This document shows positions 26,438 to 40,684 of a stretch of DNA of 64,000 nucleotides, in pieces (the first letter of the stretch is position 1; each line of letters opens with the position of its first letter). Under the pieces are notes generated by a model. It was not told where the DNA came from, made no database searches, and saw only the letters and a list, made by a program, of their open reading frames with translations. The position numbers were made by a program, and so were the translations under genes. Source of the DNA: Haliotis rubra (Eukaryota); contig NW_025767427.1 in assembly GCF_003918875.1 (NCBI RefSeq), positions 186,001-250,000 on the forward strand, in the 5' to 3' direction.

Positions 26438-26619
26438 CTGGCTAGCGACCAGTTATCGCCAACACAACGCAGACAGCTTGATTTGAACTCTCGTAGCTTA
26501 TCGCTTTTGTGATGTGTCAATGTGTGAAACACTACGGAAGTACAAGTGAAGCTGTCTGCAAGCGCTACACCCAGGTGTTGGCGATAACTGTTACGCAGCG
26601 ATAACTGGTCGCTAGCCAG
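26438..26619. mobile_element. Palindromic MITE with TA TSD
   Basis: 22-bp TIR CTGGCTAGCGACCAGTTATCGC. Confidence 0.85.
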
Positions 26620-28164
26620 TAGTCTTTCATTCATCATTCAAACCAGACTCAAAACAATGTTATGGTGGCAAATAGACCCAGGGTAGGTACAACAAGAGAA
26701 AGAAGATATACACCCCGGACAAGGGAGGATGGGATTAACAAGATCCCATCAAGTGTCGCTGTGCTTATCAATCATATCATTTCACTGCAATGTAAACAAC
26801 CATGATAAAATACTTCATCTGAACCATTATAAAAGGTATCTATGATAAATTCTGTACATGAGAAACACAAACAAGACAGAAATTGATGACACAGTAATGT
26901 GTTTGTGTTACAATTCATTTGTCATCATATCTAATATAACAATTCTGTATTGAAAATAAAATCCCATTTATGTCAGAATGTCATTTGATTAAATAATAAA
27001 ATACTATTTCAAAGGTGTTACCCATATTAAACACGATTGAGGCATCACTGATACACCACAGCATCCCAAGAACTAAGTATATCTTAGAATCATGAATGAC
27101 ATGTCAAGGATTACAGTCGTTCTATACAATGCTTGTTTATCCTATTTATCACATTTGGAACTTCTTGAAATTGTTAAAGAATTTGTAGTTCGGTTGAAAA
27201 GGATTTTCAAATACATGCAACATATTTTACTGTCTTTGTCAATTTCACGACAAAAGCATAATTCCTATTTCTTATTCTGTACATAGAAAAGTTGTAAACA
27301 TGAATGTTTAGGACAAAATAGCAGTCAACATCAGTTCACAAACAAACTGACATAAACATGGGAATATATTTCTCTTGGTGGTATCATTTGACTATTCCAT
27401 GATCAAGATTTATCCCAAATCTCAAAATGCCATGTTAATATCACGATATGTAAGGGAGACAACTCTATACAGCTCTCAGCCTCTTCCACCACTGGGCCAT
27501 CCGGAACCAAAATGGCAAAATGAGAGGTTTGTATACCCCTGAGTAAGAGAACAGATTAAAGTTTCTGGTGATTTTCTAGCTGTGATGAGCGATACATCAT
27601 CCCCATTTCTGCCCCTAATACACGAGTCCTCAAGGTCGTCTTAATGCAGAATAAAGACATGATAAAGTCAACAAACAAGATCTGGGTTTATGATAACTGT
27701 TTCATTTTTTATTACAAATTTTGTTATTATTTTGACAACCAATATTTATTTTTGGGAAAAAACACCTGTTAACCGACTAAACAAAAGGATTTCATAGATG
27801 CACACATTTCAGGGATGCAAACTGAACATATCTCAATACTATAACAGGATATAGGTGTATCATGAGAAGGCTGTATTCAGTGACTTATCATTCTTTAACA
27901 TATTCTTGAATTGTCAAAATGTGACAACCTACTTATCTACGAGAAAATCATTCCAAATGACGACATTAACACTGGCATCCAGTAGACCACATCACAACAA
28001 TAACAAAACAACTGTTTCTAGACATAATCATGGTAACAGAACAACAAATAACAAATATGGTGATCAATAAATAAATAGCTACTTACAAAACTTTGGGGTA
28101 CATGTGTCCTCCTATTTGAGGAGGAATACTTCGACTACAACATCTATGCAAGCTTCTAATAGGC

Positions 28165-28375
28165 ACTAGTTTGGCACAGATGCCTAGGCATGTCAAGGAG
28201 ACAGTTGGCACAGCTGCCTAAAGGAGATTTGGTGAGCACAGCTGCCTAGTTGTCTAAAGGAGATTTGGTGAGAACAGCTGCCTAGGTGTCTAAAGGAGAT
28301 TTGGTGAGCACAGCTGCCAAGGTGTCTAAAGGAGATTTTTTGTGAGCACAGCCGCCTAGGTCAAAAAGGGACTGG
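28165..28375. repeat. Short unexpanded version (about 5 units, 36 bp) of the 34-bp minisatellite
   Basis: CACAGCTGCCTAGGTGTCTAAAGGAGATTTGGTGAG repeats at the paralogous position. Confidence 0.85.
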
Positions 28376-29685
28376 ATGTTTACAGATTCTTGTAGGGCAT
28401 TAAGTTTGCAGTTCACAAGTTTGATGTCAGATAAGAATTTAATTACATTTTCAAGATATATAACATCTTCAGAACAGAAATACACTCATTATATTACTAT
28501 TGCATATTGTTATCAAAGTATAGTACAAGAGAAGTAAATGAAGTACTTCATTCCACAACTATAATGCCCAACAGGATAAAGATGATTATCATGGTGAGGT
28601 TACGATTCAACACTGAGTTGTCCTTTCTAGACTCTAAAATTCCAGGTGATATCTTCAAATGGAAAACTTGCATTCCACTAACAACCCACCAGAAACTAAA
28701 CTGAAAAAAGTTTGGGGTCATGAACATTATGGTGGATATATCTTTTGTAGTGATCGTACAATATTTCTTTCCGCATCCCCTCACTTTTCCATGATCTCTA
28801 ATATCTCGTTTTGTATGAAACAATACATTTTTTTTTTATCCAACATTGTGAGCTGCTTGTGAACTTTGTCACAGTACGACGTTTACTATGATTGTAAGGT
28901 TGAAACATGAAACATGGTATGTGACTGAAAATTGCATTCCTTGATTATTATCATGGCTAAGGAACCTCATCAACATACAGAAGAGATGACTAGCAGCCTA
29001 ACAAAACCATATTTCGAAATAGTTAATGCTTGATAGTAAATGCACATAATGTCATTCCTGTTTAAAATTAAGGAGGTCCTGGGTTCCTTAAGATTCTAGG
29101 CACCTTATAATACACATCTAGATTAGATTAGAGTAATGATACTTAAAATGCTGTAAACAGTCATTAAACAGTGTCATTTTACAATTCATTTTCTTACAAT
29201 GCAATTTCATTTTCATTAAACATACATGCATTGTGCTTATCACAAAATATTGCGATTTACAAGCTTCATCGATAAGAATACTTCAGTGGAGCCCTGGGCT
29301 GTTCCACATAGACATGATAGGTTTATGATGTGCGTAACTTCTATATTATAACACTGGCTTACAAAAGAAGCAGCACTAATATCATGTTTGAACCTGGATA
29401 GCCTTTTTTATGAAAATGGACATAACCAGAAGTGGACCTTGAAGCATTAAAGATGATGAATATCACCATGTGGTACAGGGCCCAGTACCTTAACAAGGAG
29501 ACAACTCTCCACTGTGGCGGAGTCTCATCGTGTTTTAACACTAAGTTATAACCATGGGATATAAACTGCTGTTGTTGCTGACAACATGTCTGGATCATAG
29601 CTGCATCACAGTGTATGTGACCCGGGGTCCAGTACTTAACAGAGGGAGACAACTCTTCACTGTCATAAGGCAGGTGTTTTATCAC

Positions 29686-31289
29686 CTAGTTATAACCATG
29701 GGGATAAAACTGCTGCTGTTGCTGATAATATCGCCTGAATCATAGCTGCATCATATGGCTGCTGGTTATTGCCTACTGAAGTCACCGTCTCATATGTCTG
29801 GGTGGGGTCTGGGGTCGTGACTTGAGGAACAGATGCTGGGGTCAATGTCGTTACTACTTGTGCCGCCTGGAGGTTGAGAGGCGACACAGCCTGCTGCAAG
29901 CTGGTGACAACCGGGTAAGGGGTGTGGGGGGAGTCAGAGGGAGGAGGAGGGCTGATGGGAGAATGCTGCATGTAGAAATGACTGGCATTGGTGGCCATGG
30001 TGTGCTGTCTCTGAGGGCTGAGTGTGGGACTGGATGAGGGAGGCTGGTCAGGGACTTGGGCCTCAGTGGTAATGGTAGTGAGAGGGATGGTGGACTCCAC
30101 CGTATAGGTTGTGATGCTTTGAGATGTTGTGGAGTCTGTCGTAGACAGAGGCAGCAGGATGGCATGCATGGCATGTTCTGCTGCAATGACATTGACTGCT
30201 CTGTCCAGAGCTGCAGTGGCTGTCAGAGTCAATGGAACTTCAGCCGTGGGCAAGGTGGCGTCGGTCACAGTTAGCGAAGTGTCTGCTATCCCAGAAGTGT
30301 CTGATGCTGGATGTGTCATACCAGACTGATCCAGACTACCAGTTTCAAGATACATCTTAGGGGCATCAAACCCAGGTTCTAGAGTCTTCAACTGGGACAT
30401 AAGAGCCTTGATACGTTCAGGGTCATACTTATGTTTGTTACAAAGATGCAGCCTCATGTTTCCTCGTGTGGTACTCTTGTACGGACAGTCAGGGCAGCTG
30501 AATGGCTTCTCTCCTGTGTGAGTCCTCATATGAACAAGTCGCTGTGTTTTTGTCTTGAAAGTTTTGTTGCACTCAGAACATGAATGTTTTCTTTCATCAC
30601 TGTGTCTGTGGAAAACATGGCTGTTGAGACAGGTCCTGCTTTTGAATCCCTGCCCACAAACTTCACACACAAACGGAGTCTCTTCCTGGTGGATAAGCTT
30701 ATGGTCCTTCAACTGAAACTTGGTGAAGCACTCCTTGCCACAGATGTCACAAGTAAACGGTTTCCATCCTTGTGGAAGTGGCACGCCATGTCGGAAATAC
30801 TTGTGGTAATGGATGTAGTAGAAGTTGGGATCTTTAGTCTTGTAGCCACAGATATCACAAACTTTTGGACTTGCTTCCCTTCTCCTTATCACAACATTCT
30901 TAATCACCTCATCAGCTGTAACTTCGTGGGTGTTCACAAGATGAGTCACACTCCGTTTTGGAAACACAAACTCATTGCCACAAAGCTCACACTTGTACTG
31001 TCGTTCACCTTCCTCAATGTGTTCTGCCATTCTCTCAAGTTCACTAGCAAGCTGGCTAGTGATGTCTGCTTTGGGCCATCTTTTCCTCTTCTTGGGCCTA
31101 GGCTTTGTGATCCTTGGTGCTGCTGGCTTCTCAAGCTCTTTGGCTGGACTCGGGCTCGGGCTGAGGAAGATCATTGGCAGATCATAATCATCATCCTTGT
31201 CATTCTCTCTCGTCAATCGATTCAACTCCATCTTTGCTCTCTTCTTTGGAGGAGGTCTCACAGCCACGTGGGTAGGAAGAGGCAATTTT
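29686..31289 (-). CDS. ZBTB-like copy B, last exon: six C2H2 fingers; +1 indel at ~29732 near the end
   Basis: Near-identical to 9093-10668, with an 8-aa in-frame insertion; same acceptor. Confidence 0.9.
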
Positions 31290-31489
31290 CTGTAAATACA
31301 AACAGGTAATGATCAATTTTCAGCAATGTTACTTCTTCAAGGTCATCGTAGTCATCTACTGAGCACCTTCATCAACCCCACCTGTATACACATGACATTG
31401 TTGAGAGGTGTATCTAATATTAGTCAGCCCATGAGAACATGCCATGAATGACTCCAAGCCAAATAAGTCCTACCCAATGTATGAACTTT

Positions 31490-31660
31490 GGGGGCGGTGG
31501 GGTAGCCTAGTGGTTAAAGCGTTTGCTCGTCACGCCGAAACCCCGGGTTCGAATCCCCACATGGGTACAATGTGTGAAGCCCATTTCTCGTGTCCCCCGC
31601 CATGATGTTGCTGGAATATTGCTTAAAGCGGCATAAAACCAAACTCAGTCAGTCAGTCAG
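31490..31660 (+). mobile_element. tRNA-derived SINE, family 1
   Basis: Near-consensus; empty site in copy A at ~10870. Confidence 0.9.
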
Positions 31661-32397
31661 TATATACTTTGTACAAATTTTAGTCTTAAGTAATACTGAA
31701 GCATGATATGAGTGGAGCATATACCACTTGGTTTGGGGACATGTACAAATGAAAGAACGATTTCTGTTTATGAAAGGTAAACTGTGTTCTCATCGCTTTC
31801 ATAACTCCCTTTATTCAGACTCACGGGAACCAGATCCTGGTTCACTGGATTAGCAACTGCACCACAAACTGACTGAGTGATGTGACAATGACTGTTTCAC
31901 ATAACTCAACTCATGAGGCTGCACATGAAATATACCATAACAGTCCACTGAAGCGAGGTAAATTACTCATCAAACAGCAGTACAGAAATTGAATCCTCCA
32001 CAGTCCTCTTTCTGAAAGATTTATTGCAAAAGTTGAGTAACTACACCAGTTGATTATTACATAAACACACTAATTCAGTTAATCCTGTTACAATGGGGTA
32101 CAATGGCGGGGATTGCTGCTTTTGGATCAAACACTGTTTGCTGCAGTCAGTTATTCACAGGCAACTGGCTTGGGCATAAAAAAAATAATTCATTTGGCCT
32201 AATTAATCAATGGAGGACTGACAGCAGGACAGGCTCTAATGAAGGGTCATAAAAAAAGAATAACATATTTGGTGACATTTTACGATAAAACATTAAGTGC
32301 TTTGGGGAATCGGTCATGAAAAGAATGAACAAGAAGACTAGTGTTTTAACATGGCAAAGTCCCCCTGCTAAAGAAGAATGAAATGTAACATATATAC

Positions 32398-32798
32398 TAG
32401 GGGTGTCACGATACACCAATCTCACGATACGATACGTATCACGATTTTAAGGTCCGCGATCACGATCGTGTATCGCGATACATAATTTTCGCGCCTTTTC
32501 ATAGCATTACCTTGCCGGCAACGTCGGGCTCGCTGATTGGTCCATCAAAATAGTCTAGCCAATCACAAAAGCTGTTAGTTTCCAACCTATTTTTTAAGTA
32601 AAGCTAGCTACATCTATTTATCGGAGCGGTCTCGTATAATTTTACTATCAAGACTTTGAAGGAGATGGATATAGCATAAAAATTTGAATCGATAAAGTTT
32701 TAAAATAGGAATCGATACACGTAAGCATGTATCGCGTATCGTATCGTCAGTAAAAATGTATCGATGCATCGATACATTCGCGTATCGCGACACCCCTA
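32398..32798. mobile_element. hAT-type MITE
   Basis: TIR TAGGGGTGTC(A/G)CGATAC, 8-bp TSD atatatac, subterminal CGATAC repeats. Confidence 0.9.
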
Positions 32799-33420
32799 AT
32801 ATATACTAGTATTTATCTTTTGGTCACACATAAAATTACCTGTGCTGTAGTTATTGCATTAACAAGATTTTGAAAGTGTCATGTGACCTTGAAAATAAGG
32901 TTAAGGTCACCTTGAAATGACTGGTGTATGCCTCATCCCCCAATTACTTCGACATAATTGAAGACATTGGGTGCAAAGTTTTATGAGATATCGAGTTTGA
33001 AAAGTGGTCAAAGTGTTGTAGAGACCTTGAAGATAAGGTCAAGGCCACCCAAATCGACCCGTGTCTGTGTAATCCCCCCCAATGTGGGCTGTCACCAAAT
33101 TTAAAGACATTGGGTTCAACAGTTAATGAGATATCGCATTAACAAGAATCGGGACGTATGTATTAGGGCTTCAACGAGTCCATTTTCTTGGACTCGAGTA
33201 CTCGAGGGGTGAGACTCGACTCGGACCCGAGTACTCGAAATTCATACCTTTCAAGCAAACAATAGCGTAACTTGCATGACATGTGTTCTGATCACACAAG
33301 TGACTACTTACTTCATTCCGACTTCATATCGTTATGTGACTAACATTTCCCACTGGTCAGAATCAGTATTTGGATGTTTACTTGACACTTGTTTTTTTCA
33401 TCGTACTTCTTGTACTGCCA

Positions 33421-33583
33421 GGGGCGGTGGAGTAGCCTAATGGTTAAAGCGTCCGCTCGACACGCTGAAGACCCGGGTTCGATTCCCCACATGGGTGCAA
33501 TGTGTGAAGCCCATTTCTGGTGTCCCCAGCCGTGATATTGCTGGAATATTGCTAAAAAGCGTAAAACCAAACTCACTCACTCA
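33421..33583 (+). mobile_element. tRNA-derived SINE, family 1
   Basis: TSD cttgtactgcc. Confidence 0.9.
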
Positions 33584-33779
33584 CGCTTGTACTGCCTGCA
33601 AAAGCGCAGTGATATACCGCACAGGCAGCATTTGGTTATTTTTCTCTTTTCTCTATCCAGATCAAGATACGCCCACACATTTGATTTTTTATCTTTCGCC
33701 ATGTCTATCAATTGTCAAGATAGTTACCTTATCATTTTAAGAAGTGAAATTTCAAACGATGTATAATATTTACTCTCAT

Positions 33780-34440
33780 CTGCAGAGAATTGTAACAACT
33801 AATACCATACAGCCACACCTTATGAGGAGTAAACTATTTAATATAGGTCTTAATAAAAACATTATCAGATGGGTACATAGAACTCAGTATGTCAGTGTAA
33901 AGGCTATCAATCTTCTTTTCTCTCAACCTCTACTGCAGAACCAAATGGCTGTGTTCCTTCATCCGTACTCTTCGTTTTGTATACCAATGACTGTTACTTG
34001 TCAATATATGACGTGTTTACTGTGAAATTCGCAGAAGACGCCACTGTTACTGGCCTAATTTCCGATTCTGAAGATTATTATTGTCAAGGCATTGACAAAA
34101 CCGTAATGACAGTTTTTTATCAAACCTCTATTCAAAGTGTGTTGACCTACAATTTTCTATGTTGGTATGGGAGTCTGTCTCATTGCAACAAAAACAAGCT
34201 TTTCAAAATTGTTAAAACTGCTTGCAAAATTTCTGGGGTGTCTTTTAAGTATATTCCCTTTATCTATGAGCGCCAGATTGTCACAAAGGCAACAAAAATT
34301 AGATTTGATAGTTGACATATTTGATCTCACCATTTTGAACTACTTCCTTCTGGACGCTGCTGTCAATTACCTTCCCTCAAAACAGAGTTCGACAGTCTTT
34401 CATACCATCAAGTATTAGTGAATGCAACAATATTTTGAAT
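33780..34440 (+). mobile_element. Degenerate Rex1/Babar-like LINE reverse transcriptase fragment
   Basis: NTIQPHL..KL, YTNDC..VKFAEDATVTGLI, FYQ..IQSVLTY...WYG motifs. Confidence 0.75.
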
Positions 34441-35000
34441 CACCATCAAGCGTGATTACAACTAGAATTATTCAGCCTCTTTACCTATGTGGTTAATTGA
34501 ATTATATCATGTCAGTTTTATTGTGTAAATAGCATTCGTTTTCTGCATGTAATTATTGTGTATATTTTTGTGAACTGTGTATATATTCACTTTGAGACAG
34601 TTGGATGTATAAGAATATCCTCCGGGATAATCAAGTTACATCTTATCTTAATATTAGACGTTAACGGCCGCTCATGCTTAGCACATGGCAGACAGTCTGT
34701 CAACGTCAATAATTCGAGTTATCTCCCCTTTTCAAGTCCTCGAGTCCTTGAAAATGGACTCGAGTCCAGCTAAACCCGACTCGTCCTCGAGTACTCGAGT
34801 ACCCGTGGAAGCCCTAGTATGTATGGGCGCTGCTGAATACATAATCCCCCATTCTGTGCTGTAGGGGACAATAACATAGGGAGAGTCAGCCAAAAATATG
34901 ACAAGCATTAGGAGAGGGACATTATTGTCAGTACATCAAAATCCTCCCTCATTCTTAATAAATGACTGGTGATTGTCCACTATTTCCTAGCAGTTCTTAC

Positions 35001-36142
35001 CTTGCCCTTCCTTTCTTGCCTTTCTTCATCCCCGTCAAAGCATCCGATGCATTGTCTGGCTTTCCTGCTACCTCATCCAGGATAGGCTGAGGCACTGTCA
35101 TATTGGCACATGCTTGGATCCCCTCAGTTGTTTCACTGACATTATTCGTAAGTATTTCAGGCATACTTGGTGTGACAATTATTGTCGAATCTCGCATACT
35201 TGTCTCCATAGTAACAGGCACAGTGTTACTGACGTCCTTGTTGACCAGCTCAACCGACTGAAGCAACTTCTGTTTCCTGCCCTGAAGAGTTGGAACAGGA
35301 GTCTCCTCTGCTGCCCCTCTGTCCATGGAGTCCATGTCTAGACCCAAGTTATCACCTGCCTCAGACATCTCCAGCAATATGTCTGAAGCACCCAAAGGTT
35401 GTTTCCACTTTGTAGCAGTGTAACCAGGTTTCACATCATTAAAACTTATAGATTTCTCAACCTTGTGTCCAACTTTGCCTTTTCTGATAGCCTCTTTCTT
35501 GGCAGCGTTTCTTGCCTGAAATCTGCCTTTTGGTCCTGCCTTAACAACCGGTCCAACAACTTCCTCCTCCTCATCGTCATCAGTAGCAGCATCATTATCA
35601 TCATCATCATCATCATCTTCCCACACATCCTCAACAACCTTCGGGGCAGTTGCTCCTCTGGTGCCATATCTATGCCCCACAGTTTTTGAGATGGTTCCTG
35701 TCAGTTTTTTCTTTTGACCACGCTTGGGTGGGACCCTTTTGGGGCTTTGTAAAGGCAATTTAGCAATCTCAGACATTGCCTTGAAGTAACTCTCTTCTGT
35801 CCCCACATTTTGATCCTTCTTAGAATTCTTATTTGCATTTTCAAAGGACACCTTCAGCTTTGGCCAGCTTCCAACATTTGTGGACATATTGTGCTTAATC
35901 ATGATACCATAGCATAGATGTTCCAGATTATGGATTTCAAATATTTTGGATAACACTTTTATCTCCTTGACTAATCCAAGGTTAACTTTGACTATGCCAA
36001 GGTACAGGAATGTCACAAACACTTTCAGGGTAGATTCAGATATGTGCACCGGGACGATGATGCTTGCAAACCTAGAGTCGACACCTTCCGAGAGGAGGCT
36101 GGCAAACCGCTCACTCGACATGGCAAGCACCAGCTTGTGCAG
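35001..36142 (-). CDS. ZBTB-like copy B, coding exon 2 (BTB C-half), intact
   Basis: Single ORF; 1142 bp; phase 0 to phase 2; canonical splice sites. Confidence 0.9.
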
Positions 36143-36763
36143 CTGAAAACAGGCATAATGGCTTACAGTCAGTCTTCATTATGAGGGAATACGACTGCAG
36201 TTATTCGTCATTTGACAATAGTGAAAGTATGTTTTGTTTATTGTTCTACACCACACTCAAGATATATGACAGTCTGTAAACAATTGTGTCTGGACCAGAC
36301 AATCCAGTGATTGATATGCCTCGGCTAAGTTAACAGGCCTGACCACCTGATCTCATCAGTTGCAGGTAGGTTGCTGGTCAATTGTAACCAAGATCTACAC
36401 AAGACTAAACGTTATAATAGCTGTCTGTTATTTCATGTGGCAGGTTGCAAAGATATAGTACAGAAAAATATAGCAATGTTGCATGGGTCAGAGGTCCATG
36501 GTTTAAAATACATATTTTTCAAATGTCATCATATTCACTACTGACATGAGAACAGCAAAGCAGAAAAAAGACGGGGTTTGGGGGGTCTTTTAGGGCAGAT
36601 TTACAATAAAATCAGTGAGCCTGACCACCTGATATTGTTAGTCGCCTCAAGACAAGCATGGGTTATTGCAGATCAATTCTAAGCTGGATCTTCACGGGTG
36701 TGTAGTTCAATCATCATGATTGGATGAAAACATTACTGAAGAGTGATTCTATTGAAGTTTTAC

Positions 36764-37654
36764 CTTGATAGTGAACTTGCCAGTAGAGATTGAAGCATCA
36801 CACAACTTGTGCTCAGTCATCAAGTTGAACAACAACAGCCGCGTCTGATCGCCCCACTCCTGGTCATACAGTTCCACCTCCTCTGCAGGATTGATTCTCA
36901 CTGGTCGCTGTGTTGTCTTCGCCTTCTCAGCTATCTTCTTGGCAGGAGCGTTGACAACCATCTTCATCTGGGTGTCCTCCACACAGGTGAAGCGGGGACA
37001 TCATGACTGTGTTGGCCATGTTGTGGGAGCTGTACTGAGTCTGCTGGTGCTTCAGCATCACCGGCCATACTCCGTCATTTCTGTTTTGGGTGGCAGGGGA
37101 ACATCTTTAGCAGTGTCTTGACTCATTGAGTGAGTGTTACTTTTCGGCGGTAAGCTGTCACTGATACTTTTGGAAGATGTCTATAAGCAGTCTCTGCTTG
37201 ATGTTGATGAAGAGTTTGTTGTGGAAGAGACTTAGCCATCTCCTCATCTAGAGCGACAGTGTGTACAATCTCCAAACCTTTACTTCTAAGCAGCTCATAG
37301 TTCCTTCTGTCAGTGTCAATGGATCGAGAAAAGCCTCCAGGGTCTTCACAGCTCTTATCCAGACCGGATTCAAGCGGAATATGTAAATTTATCTGTTCCA
37401 GGATCTGTCTGAACAAGAGCAGACTGTAGGTATGCTTGCTGGACAATATCAGTGACCTGAGCTTCATACACCGCTTGTGATCCTGTGTTGGTAACGAACC
37501 CTCCATACTGCCCATCTTCTGCGGCATGGGCTTGAGACCAAGCGACCAGCTGGGAGGGATGGGTCATCCCGATGTCGGGGATGGTACTCTGAAGGTCGGC
37601 GGATGACACATCGTTGACCCCGTGGTCCTGACCGTCACCTGGGTAGTCATCCAT
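36764..37654 (-). CDS. ZBTB-like copy B, first coding exon; four single-base indels (sequencing error or pseudogenisation)
   Basis: Aligns to 15068-15962; indels near 37372, 37170, 37060 and 36990; in-frame TGA at 37370 as assembled. Confidence 0.75.
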
Positions 37655-38703
37655 TCCTACCAGTCTTGTACTGACACCCTGCAACATAAAACAGCCCATG
37701 GAAACCAACAGAAACAGAGTGAGTGAGTGACTGACTATTTCTGCAAATGAATGAGTTTGATGCCACTTTTAGCAATATTCCAGCAATATCACAGCGGAGA
37801 CATCAGAAATGGGCCTCACAAGTGGGGAATCAAATTCGGGTCTTCGTCATGATGAGTGAATGCTTTAACCACTAGGCCACCCACTATGTAGTAGAGTTAC
37901 TTTCATTGTACAGTACTGCAAAACATTTTAAATCAAATCAGGAACTAGGTTTTTTATTGCCTGAAGAAGACATGTCAACCAACTTTATAAAATATAACTT
38001 GCTCGAGAAGATACAATTTTCATTCAATAATATTTTGTTAACAGTGTACGGTAGGCCACTTCTCGTACACATTATGTCTTTGATTGGTGTAGAAACAGAA
38101 AGTAATTTATTGCAATTATTAGGCCGGTTACCATGGTTACAACAAAACCCATCAAGAATCTCTTATAAATCATAATGTTTCCATTCTGTGTTAACCCTTA
38201 GACTGTGACACAGTATTAAATAATGAAAACTAATCCCACAATTGCACAGTTGTGAAATTTGTAAAAAGAGCTGACTGTAGTATATGGACATGTATGTTAT
38301 GTACATATATGGGAGACAACTCCTGCAGACTTATTTGACAGTAGCAGCAAGCCGATTAGAGTTGCATCCCTTGGGGACCCCAACATGTAACCTCCACTTC
38401 TGTAGTAAACACTGAAAATACTTCATGTGTTCTGTTCGGCTACGGGCTAAGAAGTGTATAGGATTCAAACACTAACAAAGCAGTTTGTTGGCTAAAAACA
38501 GGCTATATGTATACAGAAACTGATTAATAAAGGAATCCTAATATAGTGAGTACGTTTTCAAACTGTTCTAATCAATATTCCTTCAAGACCAGAACATTTT
38601 ACCATGTGTAGGGAATCAAACCCAGGCCTCCTGCATGTCAAATTAACACTTTAACCACTAAACTACCCACTCCCTCCACACAGAACACAACACAAATGCT
38701 AAT

Positions 38704-39048
38704 CAGGGCTCCAGATAACAGCCGTATCGGCGTATATACGGATATACAATATGCACGATACGGTAGGAAATAATTTAGAAAACGTAGCAGATATGCACCA
38801 CAGCAATGATGTACGGTCTTAGAATCATTTACAGGCGTATTTATCTGAAAAGTATTGTTTTATTGTTTATTGACCTGTTTACACAAAAGTAGCAATGTTG
38901 TGGTGCATAAAGCTAAAACACAAGATTACTGATCCGCCATTAAATTCCATTCAGTACTCTAAATGTACTGTTATTGTTTTCCAGGACTCCTATATAGAAA
39001 AAATAAGGAGTACGTATTCCTGATCATGAAAAATTATCTGGAGCCCTG
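38704..39048. mobile_element. hAT-like MITE
   Basis: 15-bp TIR CAGGGCTCCAGATAA; TSD degenerate. Confidence 0.75.
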
Positions 39049-39227
39049 AGTAATGTCATGAAGTCGCTGCATAAAGTGACAACATTTGCTATATTGCATA
39101 GGTAGGAACTTCATCACTATCACACTTGCACAGTTCCAGTCAATTACAATTCCAGTATTTTTTCCCACAGTATTTAACAACAATAAAGAACAGCAAAAGA
39201 AAATTTTTCACAGTAAGTAACATAAGA

Positions 39228-39548
39228 GGTGAGGTGAGGTGAAACTGGGTTTAACGTCGTGCCTGAGAATACTCCGCTCATATGCGACGTGCATGCGTGT
39301 GTATGTGTATGTGCGGCTGCTTGTACTAGCCCAGACTTAAGCTGGTTTTATAGTGCTAGCCCACTGAGATACCATGCCGCAGTGAAGCATGAATACCCCA
39401 CTCAGACACATTATACTGACTCCGAGCCGACCAGTCCTTGTTGTACCCATTAATGCCAAGAGCCAGGCAGGGACCAACAAGCACCATATTTCAATGTCTT
39501 TTGGTATGACGCGGTCGGGGACCCGCGACCTTCCGCTCTCCGGGTGGA
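39228..39548 (-). mobile_element. V-SINE (RUDI-like), 5'-truncated
   Basis: V-domain-like GGCTCGGAGTCAGTATAATGTGTC..CAGTGGGCTAGCACTATAAAA; TSD aagtaacataagag. Confidence 0.85.
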
Positions 39549-40684
39549 CAAGTAACATAAGAGAAAAAGCAAGTTCAAGTTCACAAGTCATTAATTGTTT
39601 CATTCCCTATCAATATACTGTAAAAGAAACACTCAAATAGTCATACAATCAATTATTCGAGGTTACTGTATGTTTTAATTTAATTATTATTTCACGAATG
39701 GCATGAGAAATTCTGAATGCTGATAACTGTTAGTTAGTTGTGAGAGAAGATCTATTTCTACTGCCATGATTCCTTTCTGCCGCGTTATATATAAACATGA
39801 TCGGGCTGGACACATCGGTGAATAACTAATTAAGTATCATAATTTATTCTGTTTCATTAATTTATCGAGGCAGGCGGAGTAATTTTGTAAATACCTAAAT
39901 ATGGTAGAAACTAAACTATGGTAGTAACTGTTAAGCTAGCCAGTAAATGAAGTAAGTCTAGATTTCCTCAGGTTCAGCAATCTGATCTCCCTTCTCACTG
40001 TGGCTCCTTTTCAATTTAAAAGGATTTTTTGGTTTCAATCAAAATTATATATATTCAGAGACTAAGCATAAGTTTAACCAACACTCATGTTGAACAATGT
40101 AAAGTTATTCACAAAGGATAATATATTGCATTTTCAAAGAAATATTCAGATTATTTGTTATCCAAATATTGCTAAACATCTTTTTCACATTTGGATATGA
40201 CACTGTCTAATAAAAAGTTCATGAAACTGTCACATTGTCCTATTCCTGTTTATCTTTTGCAAACCCAGTGTAAATATGATAATAAATACCCTAATTTAGA
40301 AACAAATTATTCTATTACATATCGATCTGTACATAACATAAATAAATTAATACATTTCAAGTTCTTTAAATTTCAATAGACTTAAATAACATCAACTTTA
40401 CTACATCTGTAAACGATGTTCAGATATAATCAATTAAGAACGGACTCAAAATGTAACACAAAACTTTTTTATTTCTTGGTTAACAATAAATAATTCAATA
40501 TATTGAGCTAAACTTTTCCTGGATTACTTTCTTCAAAATCTTTTTAGAGGTGTATCTATCTGATAAAAAACCTTAATACATTATATCGATGTAAACGTCT
40601 CTAAATAATAATACAAAGTATTTTTACAATAGGAAAGGACATTTCCTATAAATGTGTTGAGTGGAAACATTATCAAATTAGCTG

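Larger units (their letters stand above)
33164..34816. mobile_element. hAT-type non-autonomous element carrying a SINE and a LINE fragment
   Basis: TIR TAGGGCTTC, 8-bp TSD gtatgtat, subterminal CTCGAG repeats. Confidence 0.88.

Noticed and set aside
27360-28160. Copy-B-specific 800-bp insertion
   Set aside because: Probably a TE, but TIR/TSD too degenerate to classify
30584-31309. 241-aa + strand ORF (and 9963-10502 etc.)
   Set aside because: Antisense shadows of the zinc-finger exon
39389-39640. Repeated ORF MNTPLRHIILTPS.. (also at 43249 and 62812)
   Set aside because: Translation of V-SINE copies, not a gene family
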